In this document: positions 1 to 9,374 of the stretch, one piece after another | Position numbering within the stretch: the first letter of the stretch is position 1 | Layout: each line of letters begins with the position of its first letter | Source of the DNA: Candidatus Latescibacterota bacterium | GTDB lineage: Bacteria; Latescibacterota; UBA2968; GCA-2709665 | Assembly: GCA_965203805.1 (NCBI GenBank) | Contig: OZ241917.1 | Coordinates: forward strand, 3,296,001-3,360,000 | Direction of reading: 5' to 3' | Length of the DNA stretch: 64,000 nucleotides | Translations under genes and position numbers: made by a program | The notes under the pieces: model-generated | Told to the model about the DNA's origin: nothing | Databases searched by the model: none | Seen by the model: the letters and a program-made list of their open reading frames with translations, nothing else

Positions 1-1062
1 GTCGACTTCGTGCGAACCCTCCCGCCAGTAAAAGAGATGAATGTCCCGCGACGCAGTGTTAAACAGATGCGCTCCTGCCGCGCTCTCGAAAATGCGTCCC
101 CAGAATGTGCGGTCGGCCAGCGCTTCATCAAAAGAATATCCTGAGCCAGCCGTCATCAGGGCGGTGTTGAGCACGATGAGCTTTGGGCTGGAGGCGCGGC
201 GTCGGTACGGCCGGTTGGGATATTTCGGCAAGCCCGTGAGCAGCCCGGCGTTCGAAAGCAGGTCAAGATAGCGGGCCAGGGTGGTGGTGTTGCCGGCATC
301 CTGCAGTTGGCCCAGCATCTTCGTGTACGACAGGATCTGTCCGGAATACGCGGCGCCTGATTCGAACACCTGTTTGAGTAGCACCGGTTTGTCCACCCGC
401 GTCATTCCGAGGATATCCCGCTCTATGTTCGGCTCGATGAGGGCGCCCATGATATAGTTACGCCACCGATCCAGATTCCGGGCGAACCGTGCAGACCCTG
501 GATAGCCACCGAAGTAGAGATATCTCTCCAGATCGAAGTTGAACCCCTCGGTCATTTCATCGAACGACCAATGAGAGACATCGATAGGTTCGAAACGCCC
601 GGCGAGGCTCTCGTTCAAACCCGATTGCATCAGCAGGGGCGCCGAGCCGAGAATCACCACGTGTAGAGGACAGTTCCGGGCGCGGTCCGCGTCCCACAGG
701 CCCTTAACCGTGTCGGACCACTGTGGAATCTTCTGGATTTCGTCTATCGCCAGCACGAAGACGCGTCCGAATCGTTCGGCCTCGCGCCGTGCTTCTTCCC
801 AGTTGCGCACCAGCCACGCCGTGTCACGCACCTGTTCCAGAGGGAAGGTTGATGTGATAGATTCTGAATAATGGCGATTTTCGAAGCTATCGGGTTCGTC
901 CACGGACACGTAGCGGCTGCGGAGGTCAATCTGCCGCAATGCCTGGCGTACGATCGTCGTCTTGCCCGTTTGGCGGGGTCCGAACAGGGCGATGACCTGT
1001 TGTGGCGCCTCGCGCAACCGGTCCGTAAGCGTATTCACTTGATCACGCTGAAAGTTCCTCAT
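1..1062 (-). CDS. AAA-family ATPase with C-terminal DUF4143-type domain (runs off the left edge)
   Basis: Read by hand, not in the ORF track: ATG at 1062, MRNFQRDQVNTLTDRLREAPQQVIALFGPRQTGKTT (Walker A), later IDEIQK (Walker B), GGYP, and ..GSHEVD at the window edge. Confidence 0.85.
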   Translation of the reverse strand, partial: MRNFQRDQVNTLTDRLREAPQQVIALFGPRQTGKTTIVRQALRQIDLRSRYVSVDEPDSFENRHYSESITSTFPLEQVRDTAWLVRNWEEARREAERFGRVFVLAIDEIQKIPQWSDTVKGLWDADRARNCPLHVVILGSAPLLMQSGLNESLAGRFEPIDVSHWSFDEMTEGFNFDLERYLYFGGYPGSARFARNLDRWRNYIMGALIEPNIERDILGMTRVDKPVLLKQVFESGAAYSGQILSYTKMLGQLQDAGNTTTLARYLDLLSNAGLLTGLPKYPNRPYRRRASSPKLIVLNTALMTAGSGYSFDEALADRTFWGRIFESAAGAHLFNTASRDIHLFYWREGSHEVD

Positions 1063-1264
1063 ACAGATAAATTACTCTATTGAGTAAATTTAGTCAAGAC
1101 AGTAATTATGATTTCCACGGTACAAATTTGCAATCCGGTTCTCGCGCCGCCAAGCCGTCGATTCAGGTACAATAAACAGGACCCCCGTAGGTGTGTGTTC
1201 CTTCGGGCGTCCCGTTGCGAAAACCTGCGTGCGGCGTGCTGTTGCGATGGATAATTTCGTGCGA

Positions 1265-2731
1265 TTACTTCAGCCGGCGCCTCATGGGGCGCCTGGGCGA
1301 GGGCGCGGCGGAGCGGATCTCCTGAATGAACTCGGCCGCGGCGTCGCGGTAGGTCTCGAACGGGTCCTGCAGGCTCAGATGGCTCTCGTTCTCCAGGTAG
1401 ACCGAGTCCCAATCCACAATGTACCGCATCCGGTTCTCCGACAGTGCCCTGATCACGTCGGAGCGGCCCTGCGCCCGTGTATCCGCCGGCGGTTCGTCTC
1501 CCGCGCGGGCGATCTGCTCCTCCGTTAATATGCGGCGCGTCATCCCCTTGTGCTCCAGGTCGAGGTAGAACCCCCGGTTGGAATCGATATTGTGATACTC
1601 CAGGTCCAGGCTCTGGAGCCACGGATCGTTCCAATCCACGCCTTCCGACTGCACGAACATCTCCAGCATCCACTTCTTGGCCACCCAGTCCAGCCGGTCC
1701 TTCAACTCCATCGGGTCCCGCTCCAGGGCGTCCAGTGTCTGCTCCCACTCGGACAGCACCCAGTCCGACTCCTCGTCCATCCCCCGCAGATGGCGCTTTG
1801 CCAGATCCAGGTACCGGCGCTGGATGTCCACCGCCGAGACCGGCCTGCCGTTCTTGCGCTCCAGAACCCATTTGTGGGTGGGGTCCCGTGAAATCTCCTT
1901 CAACGCCCAGACCGGATCCCCCAGGCCCACGTCCTGCGGAAAAACCTTGAGTTCGAGCAGATTCAACACCATCGCGGTGGTTCCCACCTTCAACGCGGTG
2001 GCGTACTCCGACATATTCGAATCGCCCATCAGCAGGTGCAGCCTGCGGTACTTGTTGTAGTCGGCCAGCGGTTCGTCGCGGGTATTGATAATTGCCCTGG
2101 AGAACTGGATCCACTGGTAGATCTCCGTGACAATGTGGTCCGCGCGTTGTGAAATCTGGAAGGCGACGGGGTCCTCGTGACCGACGTCTTCGACCTCGTC
2201 CCGGCCATAGTAATAGAAGCTGTCGTCGTAGCTGCCCACACGGCCGGCGCCGCTGTAGATCTGCCGTGTCACCAGAAACGGGAGCAGCGCCGGTATCACC
2301 ACCATGGAAAACGGCACGTTTCGCCGTATCAGGTAGTTCTCGTGGCAGCCGAACGTGGCGCCGGTATAATGGTCGATATTGTTCTTGAGGAACGAAGCCT
2401 CTTTCGCGAGCCCCAGGGACCGAAGCGAACGTTGCAGAATCCGTTCGCCCGCGCGGTCGGAGGCGACCAGATCGAACAGGCTCTTGCACTCGGGCGTGGT
2501 ATATTCGATATGCCCCATGTCGATATAGACCCTGCCGGAATTGAACAAAAAACCGCCGTTTCCCGGCGGTTCGTCCCGGCCCCGATAGTGGATATCGAGT
2601 ATCCCCTTGCGCTCGGTGTGGAATATATGGTCCTTTACCTTCACCGTAATGGCATCCGGGCTGACGAAGCCCTCGTGCTCCGGGGCCATGCATCCATATT
2701 CCGTTTCCAGACCGAAAATGCGACGTTCCAT
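1265..2731 (-). CDS. pafA: Pup/UBact-protein ligase (PafA family)
   Basis: N-terminal RRIFGLETEYG, YIDMGHIEYTTPEC, GCHENY, RLHLLMGDSN, DLEYH, C-terminal DPF; last gene of the proteasome locus. Confidence 0.9.
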   Translation of the reverse strand: MERRIFGLETEYGCMAPEHEGFVSPDAITVKVKDHIFHTERKGILDIHYRGRDEPPGNGGFLFNSGRVYIDMGHIEYTTPECKSLFDLVASDRAGERILQRSLRSLGLAKEASFLKNNIDHYTGATFGCHENYLIRRNVPFSMVVIPALLPFLVTRQIYSGAGRVGSYDDSFYYYGRDEVEDVGHEDPVAFQISQRADHIVTEIYQWIQFSRAIINTRDEPLADYNKYRRLHLLMGDSNMSEYATALKVGTTAMVLNLLELKVFPQDVGLGDPVWALKEISRDPTHKWVLERKNGRPVSAVDIQRRYLDLAKRHLRGMDEESDWVLSEWEQTLDALERDPMELKDRLDWVAKKWMLEMFVQSEGVDWNDPWLQSLDLEYHNIDSNRGFYLDLEHKGMTRRILTEEQIARAGDEPPADTRAQGRSDVIRALSENRMRYIVDWDSVYLENESHLSLQDPFETYRDAAAEFIQEIRSAAPSPRRPMRRRLK

Positions 2732-2777
2732 TGCGGGTCCTCAGCTATTCAAACAATGGACAGGATGTAAACCAAAA

Positions 2778-2972
2778 GCGCGAGAAGACGAGAGAACGAG
2801 AGAACGAGAAAGGCGCGAGAGAACGAGAAATGCACGAGAGAACGAGAAAGGCGCGAGAGAACGAGAAATGCACGAGAGAACGAGAAGACGAAAAAGCGCG
2901 AGAAGACGAGAGAACGAGAAGACGAAAAAGCGCGAGAAGACGAGAGAACGAGAAAAGCGCGAGAAGACGAAG
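2778..2972 (+). repeat. Purine-rich degenerate tandem repeat (GAGAACGAGA/GCGCGAGAAGAC units)
   Basis: About 195 nt almost free of T, between prcA and pafA. Confidence 0.9.
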
Positions 2973-3056
2973 AGGCGAGTGACGGCAGTGAATCGATTCA
3001 CCGTGGGTCGGTACGGAGTTGCGTGATCACGTCAGGATTGCAGGGTCAGCCGCCGC

Positions 3057-3836
3057 TCAGCGATACGGCTTGATCACGGGCTGTATTTCTCTATTGCCAA
3101 GAACGCGATAGGGGCGTTTGTCCGCACCCGACCGGTCGAAAACCACGGCCTCGACCTCGGCCGATTCCAACGCGGTCTTCAGGATCGCCTGCAGGTCCGC
3201 CTCGCCGGCCAGCCGCTCCAACTCGGACGGCTCCCGTGGAACTTCTTCCAGGGTTCCCACAAACCGCCCTGCCGCCCATGCCTCCAGCGCGGCCTTCAAC
3301 GCGTTCCGCAGGTTGAGGCGCCCGGTCTCCGGCAGGCAGCTCCGCATCAGCCCGTCCGCTTCCGGAATCTCGCCCAAAACGCCGCGGCCCGCGTATTTCT
3401 GAAACGCGCCGTCGTAGTCCACGGTATAGAAGACGGCGCCTTCCTCCGATACATCGAGCTCCAGCATCAGGACGCGCACGATATACGGCGACCGGAACAC
3501 CTCGTCGAACGCCGTCTTGACCGCGGGACCCAGGCCGAAGTGCACGATCTGCTGCAGGTTCACGTCCTGCTCGGAGTAATTGAACCCGATCACCGACGCC
3601 AGGTCCACGGCGGACTGCCGCAGCTTCTCGATGTCGGCGGGGTGCCCGAGCGCCGCCATGCCGATGCGGTCGTACACCTCGAAGATTTTCTGCTGGCCCT
3701 GACCCAGTGTGAGGAGCAGCGCGCCGTCGCGGTAGGCCAGGCCCACAACCGGGCTGCCGCCCCGGAGCTGGTCCTCGATGTAGTCCCGCCGGTTGGCGAC
3801 CGCCTCGGTCCATCGATAGGGTTCGTCCAGCATCAT
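3057..3836 (-). CDS. prcA: 20S proteasome alpha subunit
   Basis: DYIEDQLRGGSPVVG, KIFEVYDRIGMAALG, YTVDYDG; start overlaps the prcB stop (ATGA). Confidence 0.9.
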   Translation of the reverse strand: MMLDEPYRWTEAVANRRDYIEDQLRGGSPVVGLAYRDGALLLTLGQGQQKIFEVYDRIGMAALGHPADIEKLRQSAVDLASVIGFNYSEQDVNLQQIVHFGLGPAVKTAFDEVFRSPYIVRVLMLELDVSEEGAVFYTVDYDGAFQKYAGRGVLGEIPEADGLMRSCLPETGRLNLRNALKAALEAWAAGRFVGTLEEVPREPSELERLAGEADLQAILKTALESAEVEAVVFDRSGADKRPYRVLGNREIQPVIKPYR

Positions 3837-4651
3837 TCCTCAGCGTCTCCCGATCCCTCCGCCCGGGCGATGTACCGCTCGTGGGACGCCCGCAGCTCCT
3901 CCTCCGTCACGGTGCGGAGTCCATCCGCCGAGATGGTTTTCACCGTGGGCAACACGCCGGCATCCCGCTCGTACCTTCCCGTGGCCGCGTCGTATTCCGC
4001 GGCCGTATGCAGCAGGCGCAGCGCCATCCCCAGGCTCTCGCTCCGGTCCAGCTCGGCAAACGGACGTTCGCCCCACTGGTTGTTGTAGTACATCGCGCCA
4101 CGGATGGCGGCCGCACCCGATCCCGTGGTGGAAAAATCGGCGCTTTCGAACTGCGCGCCCAGCACGTCGTAGAAGAAGATCTTCCCGCGGCTGTCCAGTC
4201 GATCGTACGTGACGAAAATGGGGATCACCGGCCCGATGCCCTGCATGGCCATCGGCAGATTGTCGCGAATCAGAAGGGAGAGCCGCCGCAGCTTGGCCGC
4301 CAGGCTCATTTCCTGCAACTGCCGGCGCCGGTGATATTGAAAGGTGTGCTCGAGGATGCGGGCGATTTCGTACGCCATGGCCGGCGATCCGGAGATGGCC
4401 ATCACCGAGAACGCGTCGATATCGATGACCTTATCGGCGCGGTCGTAAAGCACGGTATGGCCGGCGGTCGCCCGGCGGTCGCCGGCAATGAGGACGCCAT
4501 CCCGGTATCGAAGGGCCAGGATGGTCGTGCCCTCGGTGGGCTGAAACGGAAGGGACGCCGCGCCCCCCTGTGCGCCTTCCGCCAGGTCCGCGCCGGGCAG
4601 CCGGTATCCCCCGCCCTTCAACAGATCGAGAAAATCCCCACCCGCACTCAT
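3833..4651 (-). CDS. prcB: 20S proteasome beta subunit with 41-aa propeptide
   Basis: Likely start MSAGG at 4651; PTEG|TTILAL gives Thr1, Asp17 (GDRR), Lys33 (ADK) and GSG; the ORF-track extension overlaps ubact. Confidence 0.92.
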   Translation of the reverse strand: MSAGGDFLDLLKGGGYRLPGADLAEGAQGGAASLPFQPTEGTTILALRYRDGVLIAGDRRATAGHTVLYDRADKVIDIDAFSVMAISGSPAMAYEIARILEHTFQYHRRRQLQEMSLAAKLRRLSLLIRDNLPMAMQGIGPVIPIFVTYDRLDSRGKIFFYDVLGAQFESADFSTTGSGAAAIRGAMYYNNQWGERPFAELDRSESLGMALRLLHTAAEYDAATGRYERDAGVLPTVKTISADGLRTVTEEELRASHERYIARAEGSGDAEE

Positions 4652-4655
4652 CGGC

Positions 4656-4847
4656 TTACTCGCCCGTGCGCTGGCGGTAGCGTCGCGCCTGATTCGGGTC
4701 CACGCGGCGCATGCGGCGCAGCAGGTCGCGGGTATCGGGGCGGTCAACGTCCGGTCGGGACGGTCCGTCGTTCCCGTCGTTCGGTCCCTCTTCGGGGGAC
4801 CCCGGCCGTCGGGTTCGCCGTTCCAAACTGGCAAGGTCTCTCTTCAT
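4656..4847 (-). CDS. ubact: Ubiquitin-like modifier UBact (Pup analog), 63 aa
   Basis: Disordered N-terminus, C-terminus DLLRRMRRVDPNQARRYRQRTGE matching the R[T/S]G[E/Q] end; GGAGGAG RBS; between dop and prcB. Confidence 0.93.
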   Translation of the reverse strand: MKRDLASLERRTRRPGSPEEGPNDGNDGPSRPDVDRPDTRDLLRRMRRVDPNQARRYRQRTGE

Positions 4848-4880
4848 AGCTATCTCCTCCTCGGGCTGCGCGGCCTGGGG

Positions 4881-6401
4881 TCAGGCCTTTAACGCGTTCA
4901 GGAACTCCTCCAGTCCATCCGAGCGATCCAGCACTCTATTATAATACGCGACCTTCTCTCCATCAACCAGATCCTTCATATCCACGGCACGCAGTTTCCC
5001 GTTCCGTGAAAACACGATCCGGTCCCAGTTGACCGATCTGACGTCGTGCCCGAATTTTTCCAGGCATCGCCCGCGGAAATATGCCCGCGTATCCGCAGGC
5101 GGAACGGACATCGCCTCCTCAATCCGCTCGTCGTCGACGAGCCGTACCATTTTTGCCTGTTCTTCCAGCAGAAAGTAGAGCCCGGCCTCACGGTCCACGT
5201 TGTGGTACTCCAGGTCCTGGCTTTGAAGCCAGGTCAGATCGTCCGGATTGTCCCAGGAGAGTCCTTCCGCTTCGCGAAAACAATCCAGCAACCACTTCTT
5301 GCTCACCCAGTCGCAGGCGCCCACCATCGCCATGGGTTCCCGTTCGAGGCCGTCCAGCGTCTCCTCCCAGGCGTTCAGCACCCAGTCCGTTTCCACGTCT
5401 CCGCCTCCGAAACGGTCTCGCGCCCGCGCCAGGTACATCCGCTGGATCTCGACGGCCGGAACCAGCCGTTCGGTCTTGCGGTCCAGCTCCACCATCCACT
5501 GGTAGCTCTGGTCGCGCGACACGTCCTTCAGTGAGGAGATCGGATCCTTCAGGATCACGCCGGGAAGATCGTCCTCTTCGATCAGCCCCACCACCAAGGC
5601 CGCGGCGCCGACTTTCAGGGCCGTGACGTATTCCGACATGTTCGAGTCGCCGAGGATCACGTGGAGCCTGCGGTAGCGGCCGGCGTCGGCGTGGGGCTCG
5701 TCCCGCGTGTTGATGAGCGGCCGCTTGTGCATGGTATCCACGCTGGCGATTACCTCGAAGAATTCGGACCGCTGCGAGAGCTGATAGACGGCCGCCCTGT
5801 CGCCGCGTTCCACGCCCATCTTGCCCGCGCCCGTGTAGATCTGCCGGGTTACGAGAAACGGCAGCAGGCCCTTCACGATTCGCTCGAAAGGGGTCCCGCG
5901 GTCCATCAGGTAGTTCTCGTGGCACCCGTAGCTGTGGCCTTCGAAATCGGTGTTGTTCTTGTAGATCCGGACCGTGCCCTCGGGGAGCATTTCCGTTCGC
6001 CTTCGGGCGCAGATGTCCACGATCCGCTCGCCGGCGCGGTCCTGCGCCACCAGTTCGAAGAGGCTGAGGCACTCGCCCGTGGCGTATTCCGGATGGGTAT
6101 GGTCATTGTAAAAGCGGGCGCCGTTGCCAATGATCAGATCGCTTTTCAGTTCATCGAGCGGCACCTTTCGCCGGCGGTCCTTCTGAAGGTGCACTTTCTC
6201 GTCGATATCGTTGCGCAGGGAGCTCACTTCAAACCCCCGCACGTCCTTGCGGGGGTTCTCCAACTGATAGTCCCACAGGGGCGTGAAATCACCCGTGAGA
6301 TAACAACGGATCAACTGCATCGACTCTTCCACCACGTCGATGCGGTTCACCCCGTCGATCGTGATTCCGTACTCGGTTTCCAGGCCGAAGAGTCTGTTCA
6401 T
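4881..6401 (-). CDS. dop: Depupylase/deamidase Dop
   Basis: FGLETEYGI, NGARFYNDHTHPEY, IYKNNTD..GHSYGCHENY, TRAYFRG. Confidence 0.9.
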   Translation of the reverse strand: MNRLFGLETEYGITIDGVNRIDVVEESMQLIRCYLTGDFTPLWDYQLENPRKDVRGFEVSSLRNDIDEKVHLQKDRRRKVPLDELKSDLIIGNGARFYNDHTHPEYATGECLSLFELVAQDRAGERIVDICARRRTEMLPEGTVRIYKNNTDFEGHSYGCHENYLMDRGTPFERIVKGLLPFLVTRQIYTGAGKMGVERGDRAAVYQLSQRSEFFEVIASVDTMHKRPLINTRDEPHADAGRYRRLHVILGDSNMSEYVTALKVGAAALVVGLIEEDDLPGVILKDPISSLKDVSRDQSYQWMVELDRKTERLVPAVEIQRMYLARARDRFGGGDVETDWVLNAWEETLDGLEREPMAMVGACDWVSKKWLLDCFREAEGLSWDNPDDLTWLQSQDLEYHNVDREAGLYFLLEEQAKMVRLVDDERIEEAMSVPPADTRAYFRGRCLEKFGHDVRSVNWDRIVFSRNGKLRAVDMKDLVDGEKVAYYNRVLDRSDGLEEFLNALKA

Positions 6402-6420
6402 GAACCCTGCTCAGTTTCAG

Positions 6421-7630
6421 GGAAAGGGAAGAAGGAGAAAGAATTAAGAATGAAGAATGAAAACGGGATGGTCCTCGTGGGGATTATCTATCGCGTCCTG
6501 ACAGGCCGCCTGCCGGCGGACAAACACCCGTTGGAACTGCGTTCCGGGCGGTCCCAAACTTCAATTTTCTTTTTTCCTTCATGCCCTTTTTCTTGCTTCG
6601 CCCAAGAAAAAGGGCCAAAAAGAAGGGCGCCGCTCAAACGCCGCGGGGCTGCTTTTCCGCGAACCGCTTCAGTGGAGACAACGGGAGTCGTTGCCCTGAA
6701 ACCCTTACAGGCGTTCCCGGACGACGTTGCTGAACGGACTCGCGCGGAAAAGCCCCTTCACCACCACCGTTCGCTTGAGTGAACTGCGCGAGGTCTGATG
6801 CATTTGCGGTCTTGACGATTATGCGCTTCAGACCCCCACCCCCGCCAACCTACCCCCTAACCCCCTTCCTGTGAGGAAGGGGGAACGGCGATGGGTCGAT
6901 GGACTGGGCATGCAAACGTGCCGGCTGGCGAATTCCTGTCTATCAGTGTATCTATAGATGACCGGCACGCGATGCCTGTCCTTTCTCCCCCTCTCCCCCC
7001 GGGAGAGGGGGTTGGGGGGAGAGGTCTGCGTAAATTCGGTGAGACGTAAGAGGGTAGACGGTAGATGAAAACGTTACCACAGTGTTTTCACGCTAACCGT
7101 GCCTGTTTCTTTACCGACTATGGTAACGACGAGAAAGACCATAGGGCATTCATCTCACGTCTACCCTTTTCGAGACCCATTCCCTGACCCCCTTCCTGCG
7201 AGGAAGGGGGAAAGCGGGATCCTATCGCGTAGCGTTCGTTACCCTTTCCTTATAGGAGAGGGTCCCTGCCTGCCGGTGATTTTTCGGCAGGCAGGGGGAT
7301 AGGTCTGCGCATCCGCGAGGTCATGTCGCCAGGCCTTATCGTCGCCCCGTTGAAGCAGGTTGTCATCCCTCATCTCACGTCTCACGTCTTGCGTCTCCCC
7401 GCCAACCTACTGCCTACCCCCTTCCTATAAGGAAGGGGGACCCCCGGATCCTATCGCGTAGCGTTCGTTTCCCTTTCCTTATAGGAAAGGGTCCTGCCTG
7501 CCGGTGATTTTTCGGCAGGCAGGGGGATAGGTCTGCGCATCCGCGAGGTCATGTCGCCAGGCCTTATCGTCGCCCCGTTGAAGCAGGTTGTCATCCCTCA
7601 TCTCCCGTCTCACGTCTAACGTCTCCCCGC
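6421..7630 (+). repeat. Mosaic repeat cassette (modules A, B, E, C, D) inside the proteasome locus
   Basis: Near-identical segments recur at 9.4, 19, 26, 29, 31 kb and, inverted, at 39-64 kb. Confidence 0.95.
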
Positions 7631-7636
7631 TCTTCG

Positions 7637-9358
7637 CTATACAATCCGATGTCCGCGGCGGTCCGGTTCCCGGCCGGGGCGGATCGGCGACGCGCGGACG
7701 ACGTTTTCCGGATCGTAATCGAGCAGCTTCAGCCAGTCTTCCGTGTTGTCGGTGGGCGGGAAGATCTCGTTCTCGGTATACTCGGTGTCCACCGCCTGGA
7801 GCAGGTCGTCCCCCGAGATGCCCTCTTCCTGTCCGGACGCGATGGACCGCCGGATGGCCATCTCCTTTGCCCGCCTCACAATCGACTCCATGATCGCCCC
7901 GCTGGCCAGGTCCCCGCGCCGGAGGACGTCCTTTCGGCCGCTTCGAAGGGTCACTTCGAGAAACCGCGTATGGTCCCGCTTCGAGAAAATCTCTTCCGCC
8001 GTGCGCGCGACGAGCGACTCGACAGCCGCGGCGGAATCGCCGCCGTGTTGCTCCAGCGTCTTCCGGTCGATCGGCAGGTCGGGCGTGAGGTAGATCTTGA
8101 GGATATCGAGCGCGCCGTGCCGGTCCGGGCGCTTCACCTTGATTTTCCGGTCGATTCGGCCCGGCCGCAAAATGGCGGGATCGATCAGGTCCGGGCGGTT
8201 GGACGCCAGAATGATCACCACGTCCTGGAGCGACTCGATGCCGTCCATTTCCGAACAGAACATCGGCACCACGGTGTTCGAAATGCTGTGCGACCGCATC
8301 GCCCGGCGCGTACCGAGAACGGATTCCGCCTCGTCGATGAACACCACGGGCAGATAGCCCTCTTTCCGCTTCTCCCGCGCCCGGGAGAAGATCTCGCGAA
8401 TCTGGCGTTCGGACTCGCCCAGCCACATATTGAGGATTTCCGGCCCCTTGATGTTCATGAAACACTCCTTCAGGTTCAGACCGGCCTCCTGCTGGGCCTG
8501 CTTGACGAGGTTGTACGCGGTTGCCTTGCCGATCAGGGTCTTGCCGCAGCCCGGCGGGCCGTACAACAGGAACCCCTTGGGGACGCTGTATCGGAACCTG
8601 GAGAACAGGTCCGGATGCAACGTGGGCATCTCGATCGTATCTTTGATGGCCTGGATGGCCTCTTCCTGGCCGCCGATCTTTTCCCAGGGCAGATCCGGAA
8701 TTTCTTCGAGGTAATAGTCCCTGGCCTCTTTTCCGGGCATGCGTTCCAGCGCCACCCGGAAGTTCGGGTCCACGCGGACCTCGTCGCCCGCCTTGAGGGA
8801 CGCCTGCGCCAGGTCGCTCGAGCGGGAAAGCACCGAGACCTGCCCGCCCGGTTCCTGCCCGACCCGCAGCCGGCCGTCTTCCAGCACGTCGGATATCTTC
8901 ACCACCTGGCCCGAGGATGAAAAGCCCAGCTCGCCAACGATGGCGAACGCGTCGTTTACCAGCACCCTCGCGCCCACCTTCAGCGCCTCCTGGTCCAGCC
9001 GGGAATCGACGTTGGCGTAATATTCCGATCCGCCCACGCTGATGTAGGCCACGCCGTCGCGGGGCCCCTCGAGGAGCGTGCCCACGCGGTTCGCCGGCGC
9101 GGTGACCTTTTCGAGCGCGGCCTCCATCTCCACGATGGTGCGCCTCGCCTCCTCGAACGTGATTTCGTCTTCCTGAAGCTGTCTGCGGAGATGGTAGAGC
9201 AGGGGGCGCCGTTTGTCCTTTTCGTCCATCGACATCAATATCTGGTCGATAATGGACAGCGAGCGGAACGTGTGCTGCATATCCACGTAGTCCTGCAGAA
9301 AGTCGTCGGGCGACTTTCGTTGTCGATTTCCGTCGTCGGGGCGGTTAATGGCGCTCAC
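7637..9358 (-). CDS. arc: Proteasomal AAA ATPase ARC/Mpa
   Basis: N-terminal coiled coil, OB region, LLYGPPGCGKT, NIKGPEILNMWLGESER, VFIDEAE, ASNRPDLIDPAILRPGRID; exact start uncertain. Confidence 0.92.
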   Translation of the reverse strand: MSAINRPDDGNRQRKSPDDFLQDYVDMQHTFRSLSIIDQILMSMDEKDKRRPLLYHLRRQLQEDEITFEEARRTIVEMEAALEKVTAPANRVGTLLEGPRDGVAYISVGGSEYYANVDSRLDQEALKVGARVLVNDAFAIVGELGFSSSGQVVKISDVLEDGRLRVGQEPGGQVSVLSRSSDLAQASLKAGDEVRVDPNFRVALERMPGKEARDYYLEEIPDLPWEKIGGQEEAIQAIKDTIEMPTLHPDLFSRFRYSVPKGFLLYGPPGCGKTLIGKATAYNLVKQAQQEAGLNLKECFMNIKGPEILNMWLGESERQIREIFSRAREKRKEGYLPVVFIDEAESVLGTRRAMRSHSISNTVVPMFCSEMDGIESLQDVVIILASNRPDLIDPAILRPGRIDRKIKVKRPDRHGALDILKIYLTPDLPIDRKTLEQHGGDSAAAVESLVARTAEEIFSKRDHTRFLEVTLRSGRKDVLRRGDLASGAIMESIVRRAKEMAIRRSIASGQEEGISGDDLLQAVDTEYTENEIFPPTDNTEDWLKLLDYDPENVVRASPIRPGREPDRRGHRIV

Positions 9359-9374
9359 CTCCGGGATCGAAAAG

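Noticed and set aside
1072-1087. Operator-like palindrome TTACTC-tatt-GAGTAA upstream of the AAA gene
   Set aside because: Single 6-bp arm pair with no supporting regulator; too weak to call
4652-4834. N-terminal extension of prcB in the ORF track
   Set aside because: It overlaps ubact in another frame
1077-8920. Long alternative-frame or antisense ORFs over the proteasome genes; likewise 32835-35036, 42134-43984, 58528-60069
   Set aside because: Shadow ORFs of GC-rich coding sequence with no recognisable motifs
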